From positions 1 to 64,000 of the forward strand of contig DF237277.1 in assembly GCA_000708835.1 (NCBI GenBank): a stretch of DNA of 64,000 nt, written 5' to 3'. The position numbers and the translations under genes are program-made. The notes beneath the pieces are model-generated. The model was given only the letters and a program-made list of their open reading frames with translations, did not search any database and had not been told where the DNA came from. Positions 47,501 through 58,470 of this stretch are shown piece after piece. Source of the DNA: Klebsormidium nitens. Its lineage: Eukaryota > Plantae > Klebsormidiophyceae. How positions within the stretch are numbered: position 1 is the first letter of the stretch; every line of letters begins with the position of its first letter.

Positions 47501-50125
47501 CGATTCGACATGTTCTTAATGAATCCAGTTTTCCGCTCTTGCCGCAGGGTTCCTGTAAGTCTGCCAAAGTCCGACCCACTCTACAAGAAAAAGGTGAGAC
47601 AATCCATGGACGGTTCGCTTCTCGTGAGCAACTGGACGCTTGTCGGAGCCCATCACCCCTCGGTTGACTCTTCGTGTACTGGCTAGGTTTGATCCTCCTG
47701 TAGGCTGTCGTTCCCTTCTTAACTCCTCGGCTGATCCTCCGTCAACCCCTTCCTAAACCGCTTTCTTTAATCCTTCGGCTAACTCCGATCATCAACCCCT
47801 CCGTTTCCATATACCCCTGCGTAAACCCCCGCTAACCCTCGGTGCCAGGCGGCCCTGCTGAAGCTGCTGGAGGTGCCGACGGACGGCCTGTTGGATCTGA
47901 TGGCGGATGGCCGCCCCGGCCGCGCGCTGACCATCTGGGTTAGGGTAACAGCATTCACGGAAGAAGCGGACGTGGTGGAACACCTGCGGCTCATCATCGA
48001 GCAGAACACGCAGGCGCTGCGCGCACAGCAGGAGGTGCGGGTCCTTGTATCTTATATGCGTTCGCTCGTGCACATGTGTATGCGCTCAAAAGAATGCGTC
48101 AGCGGGATTGCCTCGGCATAGTCTGTAAACATTGGCATTTTGTGATATTCAACGGAGCCCACCGACGAGGCCAGACTCATCCTTCACTTCATCAGATTAT
48201 CTCCCCCTCTCTTGAAAGGAGATGAAGTCTGAGCCGGCCTCGTTTGCCAGGCCATGATTTTTACGTGAAAAGGTCACGTATCCCTGCCACCTCTCTTCTG
48301 TATCTTCCGATTTTGATTTTCAGAAACGGTCGGCCGTCTGAGAAGCGCTCCGCTCAACCGACTCAGTGAAGCAAGTCGTTCGCTTCCGCTTGAGGATAGG
48401 TAGCGAATCCGACGTCGAATTTCGTGGTTCTCATATTTACGAGCGGTTGCAGGCGGCGCTGGAACGGAAGGGAAGCGGAAACGGAATTCCGACGACCAAC
48501 GACGGAACCAGCGAAGGTGCCAAGGGTGGGGCTGACAGTGCACAAGAAGGAGGCGTACAGGAGAACGAGGTTCGAGGGAATGGAAAGACGAAACCGGAAC
48601 AGGAGAACGGAACACAGGCTGGGGGAGAGGCGGAGAACGGAGCGACAGAGGACCTAGCAGACAGCGAAACTGGTGAGACAAGTTTTCGACGTCGGTTAAG
48701 AGATTTGACGGCTTTCAAGAAGTGCTTGCGTGACATAAGTTGTAAGAGTAGCGAGAGCGACGGAGGTGTCTGGTCATCGGACCCATACCGCAAAAAATTG
48801 TATTTCCGTCTGCCGTATAGCGCCTGTCCCCGATTTTGGAGCTAATGCACTGCGCTGTGCTTGTAGAAAGACGCGTCACCAGAGTGCTCGAATCAGGCCC
48901 GACAGCAGTATTTTAGTGTTTTGTCACCTCCTCGGTAGCCTCGTGCTTTGCCTTGGGCGTAAAGAATGGCCCAAGAGCCTCAGCAGACGCTAGCTCTCGA
49001 CTTTCCACAGTTCATCTACACGCGATCAGAGAGTTGGCAAAGTACGCGTAGAACGGCTCAAAGCTGCAAAGCTTTGCTTCTTCTTGAGGCACTTCTTGCA
49101 ATAGGAACAATCGATCTCCGATTTGTAAAACTTTCTCAACACTTTCTTGAACGAACCGTCTAATTGTCAAGCAGTCTAATACAAAGTTTACGTCACCTCT
49201 GACTTGCTACTTTTGTGCAGCGGAGGACGTGGATCCGTCTCAGAGCGCGGAGCTCCAGCCGCGGGAGGCGGCCATTTTGGTGTCCCTCATCGAGCAGACC
49301 CTGGAGCGGTACCCCGACGTGCAAGCGATCGAGGCGGCGGCGCAAGGAGACACCCCGTCCGAGGGCGGCGAAAAAGCCGGGCCCGCTTCCGAGGGGCCTG
49401 CAGCATCGCTCGTGGGGGGTGTGCAAGGGCTGGGCTTAGGGCTGAAGGACCCCCTCGGGAAAGGCAAGAAGCAAGGTGGGAAAGGCGACCGGAGCTGCCG
49501 TCAGGACCTGGCAACTACTGTTTTGCTTTGGGAGCTGTGCTGCTATCAGGGTATTTTTTTGCAAAAGGCCTTGTTTTTGCTCTCCTTTGGAAAGGGGGAG
49601 AGCCTTATACTAAGGAGAGGGTCGTTTGGGTTGCCGATGAGGCGCTGTGGCGCTAATGTTCAGTGTGCTTGTGAGAGGGAGATGCCGCCAGCATATGCGT
49701 CACCACTGCTTTTAAATAAAGTATTTAGATTGAAATGTTGTATGGAAGTCTCGATGGATTTTTGCACTGGCTGTGCTGGTTTGCTGTGCTCCTTTCCTAC
49801 AGCGCAAGTGGAAGAGAATACCACATTGACGAAAGGTTGCACGAATACGCTTCTATTTGTACGTTTCTGTGCCTTGGGTTTCAGCTCGCCGTTTAAGCCC
49901 GGCATTCGCTTTGCAGAATTAGACATCCGTAGCGTCATTCGAAAGAGGGAGCTGACGACGTCCGCAGCGATGGTGAAGCTGGAACGTCTCATGCTCAGTC
50001 GGGGCGCTGAGAGGCTGCGATCAGTAACCCACGACACTGCGGGTACGGATATCAAGTCGCAGGGCCAGAAGAGAATAGGAACAGAAAATGGGCATGGAGG
50101 CAGTAAAGAGAAACAAAGAACGTAA
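41520..50125 (+). CDS. SETD3: SETD3-like SET-domain methyltransferase (SET + Rubisco-LSMT-type substrate-binding domain); 15 exons (41520-41697, 42674-42807, 43095-43199, 43719-43943, 44474-44565, 44993-45026, 45428-45577, 45846-45950, 46655-46738, 47107-47198, 47548-47593, 47849-48034, 48453-48672, 49221-49475, 49917-50125)
   Basis: The phase-consistent chain gives EGCGVVATRNF...LALHLLFEK...SPWKGYIESLP...WLWAVSIVLVRQNNLP...ALIPAMDSVNHEPGPITANFD...RDFKAGEQIYFSYG...KSDPLYKKK. This is collinear with animal SETD3 as I recall it (WAVSSVMTRQNQIP, ALIPLWDMCNH, DFRAGEQIYIFYG, KSDRLY). Confidence 0.8.
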
Positions 50126-51082
50126 GGGAGAACGTCAGACCTGTACGCCCCCGTCTGAGGGCAACCCGGCCTGTTGAGTGTTTGTGCAACGATTAATCAG
50201 GTACAATTTTATGGGCGAGCCCAGACTTTAGAGAGAAACGAAGGACGTCAACATTTCGTTGCGGTACAGTTTCGGAGGAGGTCATTACTTAATGAGTAGG
50301 AAAGTCAATTTCAAGTAGAGTTGATCCGCGTTTTCCAGAGGCACAGTCTGACTTTCTCGGACGACGGGCTTAACACTGTGCCGTTGGCCAACTATTGTAC
50401 GCCACGTATCAACTATACTGATGGCGGCCCTCAAAGACACTGTACTAGGACGCTAAATTGTCCGTTGATATATCGGCCATGCACGTACACTTTGAAGCGC
50501 GCCAGCTCCAAATAGCTTCACGTTTCGTCACAATGATCCTTAAAACTGTCTGGAATCCAAGCCTGAGTCAATTAAGAACTGTCCTCATTAAAGAATCATC
50601 ATGCATAGTATATGGCGATTGTACCTGTGTGTGCCTGGCGAGACCATTCAATGCATATTCATCCGGTTAGTGAGTGCCACCATTGACGTTGGTGAAACTG
50701 GTTGGATCCTGGCTTTGCACCGTCACGAGATGCATATGCATGATTGAAAACTTCCAAGTCCAACCTGTGATTAAATGCTGCATCATGACCGCCAGAGGAA
50801 TTGCTCTGATCGAGCTACCAGCCAATGATCTAAAACAGGACTCTTGACAGAGACGCCCCTGCATGGCCGGCGCCTAAACGGGCATGTCATATCATGCAAC
50901 GCCGGTGCTGATCGACCTTGAAAGCTGTTCTATCATGCAAGCAGCTATTCCTATAAAAGTTAGATGCCTGGCCGGTAGCTGAATCGATGCCAGACGTTGC
51001 TTTGCCATGCAGAATCCCGTGACCCTTATCACAAGCGATCACTCTCGAGGCTTTGCACTCAAGCTCCTCATGATTTCGGCAA

Positions 51083-54000
51083 CTAATGACGAGTTTTTCG
51101 AGTCACCGCTCGCTTGTCTTTCTCTTTTACAAGTCGCTTCCGCTTCTTCCCAGGCTGCTCCTTCACTTTGCAATCTTCGCAGCAGAAAGCTTCCGACCCT
51201 GCGAGCAAGAAGATAACGCACCAGTTGTATCTAGAACGCAGTTGAGCGACGTACGTAGACAGAGATACTGGTCCGTTTCAGATACATCTAGTCCAGAAAA
51301 CAAAACGACATTTTTCATGCTCGCATGCGGAGCTCGAACAAATCTATTGCTGGCCCTGTATCCTCGAGCGCACACTAGTTCAGGATTCTTACCTTCAATC
51401 GTCTCCTTTGAGTCAACACAAGTTGCATGAAAGTGCCCGCCGCAAACAGAACAAGCAAGCTGCAAAGAAACAACACTGTAAGCGCGTACGACGTGTACGT
51501 ATGATTTCAACGTTTGAGTGGCTGGCAAGTTCAGATGCGTGATAGACTCATTGCAATCAAGCCCCTAGAAGATCTAGGGTTAATCGCGATAGCGAAGCAC
51601 GGAATGCAATGCTAAATCTATGGAAACCTTGCTGGAAGGTGTGCTTCCACATAGTCAGATTTAGCCTTTGATTCTAGCCAAATAATGTCGGCGAGCAGGT
51701 TGACTGCTTTGATTTCGGGCAGTGTGCAACTATGACAATACTCACCATTAGACCATAAGGCGGATCTCCGCACGAGCATCCCGCCTGAGCTTGATCCTGG
51801 TCCTGCACGGGGATCGCGCTGGCAGGCAACTCTGAAGGATCAGCGGGTCCCAATTCGTCCAACAGGCCTGCAACGGATCTTTCATCTTCGGTTTTGCTTG
51901 CCAGCTCTCTTGTTTTCTCTTCTTGCTTCCTCTCTTTCTCGACCTCGGAACGCACCTCGGCAGCGAAGAACTCTTGCTTTGGGCCAGCGGTTTCTACTAG
52001 TGCGCCGTGCCCGACCTCAGAAACGTCTTTGCGCCCTTCTGCGGCGAACCGCGGGGGCAGAACTTCAAGGACCTCGATACCGGGATCCGTCGTATTCCCT
52101 TCCTCGGCTGCGATTGGATGATCTCTCATCTCGCCGGGCACAACGTCAGGTCCGTCCTGTGCGACGCTTGATGGATGCAATTCCTTGCCGCCTCTCTCTT
52201 GATTGCTAGCATCCCCTTGAGGTTGTTCCGAAACCTCTCTTTGAGTTCCTTCAAGAGCCGCCGTTTCGACTGCTGCCCCACGGGGATCTGGGACGCCATC
52301 CGGCTCTTCAGGTTCGACCGCTTCACTGACGTGATTCGGGAGGGGAGGAGTCCGAGTCTGTGAAGATGGGCCCGACGATCCAGGAGGCTTGCCGAGACGA
52401 GAAAGGATGCTACTCCAGACCTTCTTTTGCTGCACGCTATCTTGCGGCACGGATACCTCCAATTCGCTCTCCTCGTCTCTTTTTGAATCCGCTTCCTTCC
52501 CTTCCAGACGAGCAGCCGGAAGAAACGAAGGTGACTGCGTTGGCTCACTCGCCTCCGCCGTCCGGTTCTCCACCTCTAACGCGTGTCCACTCTGAACGCT
52601 CTCTCCTTCGTTAGCAGTTGTCGTCAACCAGGACGGCGATGCTTGGTCTGATCTTCTGTCATCCTTTAGCGTCAACGGGATCGAAAAACTCAATTCGTTC
52701 TCACCTTTCCTTTCCTGATTGCGAGACGGTTTTGGATTTTGGAAATAAGGCGGCCCTGTTTCCTGTCTTCTCTCCGGCTCATTATGCGACTCCTTTGGCT
52801 CAGCAGTCATTTGGAAATCTTCAGGGGACTCGGTTGCAGCCGTTTCAGCTGCCTTACGAGGAGCAGCTTCGAGATCGCCTGCAGCTTGTTCAGAGACAAA
52901 TCTAAGGCCCTCTTTTTCGGCTTCTACGGAGCTATGTTCGAAGGACGAACGACGCTCGTTTTGGTCCTCTGACACTGCAGCGGCCTCCTCGGTAGTTCCA
53001 CCTAGGTGCGCGCGCGCATGGCTGTCGATGTTCTCGGGATCTTTACGGCTAGCTTCCTTTAGCTGAGCTTCCGCGTCATCTGGATCAGTCCCTTCTTTTG
53101 TAAGGACACAGCCGCCAGTACTGGTGAGAGGGGTTGTTTTCGCCGGGGCAGCCAGCTCCGAACCCTTCTGATTGCCGTCTTCCCAGGCGTCAACGCCTTC
53201 CTCGAAAGTATCTCTCAGGTCACTTGTCTTCCATTCAATTGATTCTCCTTTGATGGATTGTGTGAAAGTGTCTGCTTCTTGAACTCTTCCTTTTGGATCA
53301 TCTGAGATCTTGACGTGGTCGAGAGAACTTTGGGTGGCTTTTTCAAGCTTAAGGCGTTGGAAGTCGGTCACTGTCCCCTTGTTCAGTGTCTCTGCGCAGA
53401 TATAGGAAACGATTGTCGACCCCAGAACTTCCTGTTAGCAGGCCCGGAATGACACAACTAGGTATAAAGCGGCGTCGAGTAGCTAAGCGACAAGTCGTTC
53501 AAAGATTCTGTTACTTTCTAAGTCCCAGTAATTATCGTCGCCCAATTCATGAAACGTGAAACGTACCAGTCAGGTGCTTGACGTCCGTTCCTCTTGAAAC
53601 GGAGGACGGTTTCATACCGATGGCGTCTAGGCTCGATCTTAGTTCCGCAATCTCTCTCTTCAACTTCTCTTGTGTTTCTTCCCAATCGGCCTTCGTCTTC
53701 TCATACCTGCCAGGGGCGTCTTGACGGCTTGTCAGTTTCTTCACCGGTCGTTCAACAGATCACTACAATGAGCTTGGACCTGCCACACAGCAACGGAAGT
53801 ATGCAAGAGCAATTACAGTGATTCTCGCGACTTGCATTGGTTCTGTTTATAGAATAATTCGGGCGAAGAGTTTTGAAGGATGCACAAAGTCTCACCTAAG
53901 ATTCGCCTCAGAAACTTCCGCTTTCAGACGAGCTACTGAGGCTGGATCTGGGGCTTCACTCTGGATCTGCAGAAAGAAGGGTGAAGTAAGCGACTTCAAG

Positions 54001-56958
54001 AGAGCTCTAGTCCCTGATGAGCTAGCAACCATTAACTTCGTGTGCAAGCAATGTTTGCGCACAGAAAACCATCGACTCACCTTCTCAAGTCGTTCCTTCA
54101 CCTCTTCACTTTCATCTTGCATTTGGGCAGCTTTCAGTCGGTACTCGTCTAGAAGTTCTTGCTGTTTACGACAGGAATCTTCTCCTGATCTCGTCAAATT
54201 TTCCAGGTTCTTGATTCTGGAGATTAGGTCCTGCAAATAGCGGAGTGGATATAATAAATATTACAGGTTGCGCGTCCGCGACGTCCCTTACTTATACATG
54301 CCGGCGTCTCTTTCATTTCACGGCGTTGATCTGCTGACGCGATTGAATCGAGACCATTCTTTGCAAAGTGCCATAACCGAGCGCTCTGGCTTAGACGTGC
54401 TTACCTGTTTCTCCGTGGATATCTTTGAGATGATGATGTCCTTCAGCTCAATGACTTTCTGGACGTGTTCAGCGTCAAGGAAACAACAATTCGACTCGGA
54501 AAGCTTTTGATTGATCAAGGATCTCCATGATTCGACAGCTTATTGAACGCGCTTGGATCATTTGTATTGAAAGGAAGGAAAGAGCGCACGACGAAATCGC
54601 GATAAAAGGATATTGAATGCATCTTCTCGTCAAGCCTGGTGTTCACGCTTGGTCCGCTGTGCCGGCTCATACACAAGCTCATGACCTCTCTGTCTTTCTG
54701 ATCCATCTTGACCATGTAATCCTGGATAACCTTCGCTTGCTGCCTGATCTTCACTGCAGTATGAAGAAGCAGTTGAGAAGAAGATCAGAAACAACATTTC
54801 TGTCCCTGAAGTGTAGAGATTCCGAAAGCACGAAGATATCATTATACATTGAACCTTGCGCAATCTCTAGTCTTGGATGGTATTTTCAGAAAGATTAAAA
54901 CACCTTATAACAGCTTGCAGTTTGGACAGCCTGTTTTCCTGTGGCAAAGCAGGCTTGAGCTTACCTACGAATCGTTCTTCAAAATCAGAGATGTAGTTGA
55001 GCCTCGTTGAAAGCTCTTGCACTGCACACGTTTCGTGAGTTCTTAGCTTTGTGTTTGAAAAACGCTCCGCTGGACTTGGCAGGCTACACGAACGAATGTC
55101 ATCCTTTATTGAGACAAGGGGCAGAGATAAGGAAAGTGTTCAGGGCCTCGCATCTCCAAATCTTTTTCCAATTCGGGGTTCTTGAATGAGAACATCAATA
55201 CTGCAGGCTTACCTTGCGATTGCCGCGTCTGTAGGATTTCGCAGGTTTCCTCGTAGGTTTTCTCAAGTCTTCCAATCTCCTGCATACACGAGTCAGTGGG
55301 TCTCTACGCTATGTGGCCAGCTGCAAAGTCCTGCCAACAAAGACCATCCCCGCTTAACTTGTACTGAGTCTTGAAGAAGTTATATTGTGATTTGTAATCA
55401 TATTCTCATGTGGAGTCAGCACACGCAAAATCACTTCCAGGAAGCAACATTACTGGATTCTCGTTGACAACTTACCTTCTCAAAAGCTGCCATCAAGCCA
55501 GACTGCACCTTAATCTTCTCTCCCAGTTCAAAATGCTCTTCTTCCTTCACTTTGAGTGACTGACGTAAACGATAGTTTTCAACCTGTTTAGAGGGCTAAG
55601 ATCGTCAGGAGTGCAGCTGATCAGGGGCCTTTGATGGAGCTCAGGCCTTCAAGACAAGACAAAGCTGGCAGATTTGACTTCAGCTATTCTCTTTCCAGAT
55701 GCAAGGAACTTCATTGAAGCTGCACATGCACACTCTGTTTTGTTTGCATTTTCACAGTATCAAACTTCTCGTTGTTTCAAGCTACCTACCTTCAGCTCGT
55801 CTAACAGAGAAGTTCTCCCTGCTAGAACAGCCGTAGCTTCAGAACGAGAACATTCCTCCTTCTGCCCTAGTATCTCAAGATCTCTCTTGAGGCTGGATAC
55901 CTGCGAAAGGAAAGCCCGCATGTCAAAGATTACTGAATTGCTCTGCAAGTCAGAGGATCTCGTGAATCACAAATGAAGGGAGTCCCACCCAAGTCGTGCT
56001 CTCCTATTCCTTACATGATAGATGGGGTCTTCCTTCAAATTGCTGAATTCGTCTCAAGGACAATTCCAGCGAAGAAGCACAAGTTGCACGTACGGAAGAG
56101 GCCTCACCAGGGACTTGTGAGTGTTCTTTTTAAGTCCCTGTATTGTACGTATGGACGGTACAGACTGTGATCATGTTCAAACGGCGGCGCGAATAAGAAG
56201 CGAGAGAAATACCAAATTCACCAGCTTACCAGGGTCCTTGCCCGCTTTTCCGCTTCGGACGCCAGCTCAGCTTTCTTTTCAAGGTCCTTCGTCCGTGCCG
56301 TGTGTGCATCTTCAGCTTCTTTCTTCTGCTCCGAAACCCTAGAGAGCTCTTCCCGTGCAGCCTTCTCTTTGTTCTGGCCAAGGTTAAACAACTTTAGCGG
56401 AGAAGGAAATGGCGTCCGCGAGCAGCGTAAGCAATAACAGCTCATTTTGGAAAAAATATGCAAAGAGGAAATGCTGAAGCGGCGTCAAGGAGCTATCTGG
56501 AGGAGCGGCGGATGTGACTTTTGCAGGGTGGGCTACATATATCTTCTCGAGTCCGGTCCGGACTCGATGATGCGCACCTGCAAAAGTTGGATCTGCGTGG
56601 CCACGTTCTTAAGACGATACTTCAGTTTGGAGAAGGAAAGTCCATTTGATGCACTGTTGCCACCCTCGTCACTTCCCTGTCCTTCGATTCTTCGATTCTG
56701 CACGTGAACAACATTTTTGCATTTGTTTTCATCCTTCAAAGAGAAGAGGACATCCCCGGCAAAGCTCAATGGAGATTGGCACGAAGTTGGCAACGCTTAG
56801 CGGCTGCCATGAGCACAGGAAAGTGGGGCCTCTGCGTGATCAAGCGGACGAGGAGAAGCACGCATTGATCATCACTTAGGCTTCGGTTGCCGTGAGCTTA
56901 CTCCAGGGTGCCCTCGTTCCCGTTCTTCGTCTTTTTCAGGGACGGGGTCTCGGGCCAT
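51083..56958 (-). CDS. Multi-exon coiled-coil protein with a long acidic disordered region and C-terminal PHD finger plus basic NLS-like tail; internal exon boundaries only partly resolved
   Basis: The probable start is MARDPVPEKDEERERGHPG| at 56958. Many heptad-rich exons lie between 56740 and 53560, followed by a large acidic exon from ~53400 to 51746. The spliced end (51746 to 51459-51393 to 51198-51083) reads CSCGDPPYGLM|LACSVCGGHFHATCVDSKETIE|GSEAFCCEDCKVKEQPGKKRKRLVK...*, a C4HC3 pattern. Confidence 0.75.
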
Positions 56959-58003
56959 TGGCTCGTACTGCCGCTTCGATGCGCCTAGTACAAGTCACTT
57001 CGCGAACGCCAGACCAAGAGCACTGCTCTGCGTCACACGGTCCACTTTAGCTGAGCTTTCTTCTCATCGCCTAGCCGGACAGGAATCTGACTGCCTTCCT
57101 GAAACTGTTTTTAACAGGTCTAGTCTGGCAGGAGCTCCTAGGTCGCCTTGAGCTGTGTGACACACTGCAGTCGCCCCGAGCTTTTTATGCGCATAGTAGT
57201 CGGTTTGGACAAGTCATTATTGAGTCTCACTACTTTCGAATCCAACTGAAGCTCCAGGGCAGGATTCCACGGTGCGCCAGTGGAAGGACAATTGAAATAC
57301 GTAGCTGCTCGTCAACCATTTCGTCAGCTTCTACTTTGGGGTTTCAAACAGCTTATCCACTCTACGTAGTAAAGTCGTTCCGATACGGCAGACGCCCTGA
57401 CGGTATAGTCGTGCTGAAGCTCTAGGAGGGCTGCGAGGGATTTGCGACGACTGGCGATGTAAGCTTGACCTCAGGCTCATTTGCGCTCATTTGAAATCAT
57501 GACAAGCATGTGATCGAGCCAGATGCGATGTCATCGTGCATACTCATCCAAATCTGTTCATATCATGCAGATACCTGCATGTTTTGCTAGAAGTCCATAA
57601 CAGTATGCTAACACATCGTGACGGTGTCCAAGCGGATCCATGTAGGTAAGTAGAAGGTTGCTTTTGTCTTAATTGGGAACCGTGACCCGTGAACGGACTA
57701 AGAATACGGCCTTGAATTGCTTAACAGGGCCACGCTGTGCATGAATGAACTCACATGCAGCCTTGAAACATGGGAATGAGATTGCATACCTATAAGGACC
57801 TAATTGCACTGGTGAAGCCATAGTACATGCCAAAAAGGGGTTCATGGTGTTTCAGCTTGCATGGTTCATAAATATTCGAATCTTATATCAAGATTGCACA
57901 CAGCAATGATGCATAGCCGGCTTTGACGGTGCGAATCTTGCACAATCGTCGCGCCTTGATTCTTAGTGAATGTCGGCCGGAGGGAGACATGTTTGTGAGT
58001 TGG

Positions 58004-58445
58004 TGTGACGAAATAATAAGGCTTAGCCGCAAAGGTTGCGGGTCCGGCGCGCGGAGTCGCGCGGCCGCCTAGAATACGTCGACGTGTCGTCGGTAGAGAT
58101 GTCTAAACCCCGAACCCTTGATGTCACGAGGAGTTGAGTAGGACACTCACCGAGCGGCGGTTATAGACTTGAGATAGACATGCATGAACTGGAACTGGAT
58201 CGTCCTCTTTTTCTACTTATCGGATTTGGGAAGCAAGGCGCTTCGTTCTCTTCTTCTCCGCATGGCTTCCGCCATGCCTCTGGCCATCTCATGAGGTATC
58301 GTCATGGTGCTGAATGCATGAAGTAAGTCTGTGAGCATGATGTATAGAATGGGAGTCATCTAGCTGCGCCGGTGAATACGGCTGATTGTCACTGCCGCCG
58401 CCGCCGGCGGAGAGTACCCCTTTCTTTAGCGGAGACCCCAGTTAA
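58004..58445 (+). repeat. 5' LTR (end at 58440 'CA' or 58445 'GTTAA')
   Basis: Matches 63775-64000 except 58219 a versus 63990 g. Followed by TT and then the PBS. Confidence 0.85.
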
Positions 58446-58447
58446 TT

Positions 58448-58470
58448 TGGTGGCGAGAGTGGGATTTGAA
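58448..58470 (+). promoter_or_regulatory. Primer-binding site complementary to the 3' end of a tRNA-Leu
   Basis: The reverse complement of TGGTGGCGAGAGTGGGATTTGAA parses exactly as T-loop TTCAAAT, T-stem CCCAC, acceptor strand TCTCGCC, discriminator A and CCA. The GTGGG-TTC.AAT-CCCAC T-arm with A73 is typical of eukaryotic tRNA-Leu. Confidence 0.8.

Noticed and set aside
49660-50460. Possible structured ncRNA downstream of the SETD3-like gene
   Set aside because: No box C/D, H/ACA, tRNA or snRNA signature could be supported by eye.
53560-56740. Identification of the coiled-coil gene as synaptonemal-complex ZYP1
   Set aside because: Only faint resemblances (SFSxLK, ENxxL..K.KE) of the kind common to coiled coils; ZYP1 has no PHD finger.
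58448-58470. tRNA gene
   Set aside because: Only the 3' 23 nt including the encoded CCA are present, in antisense, directly after an LTR; this is a primer-binding site.
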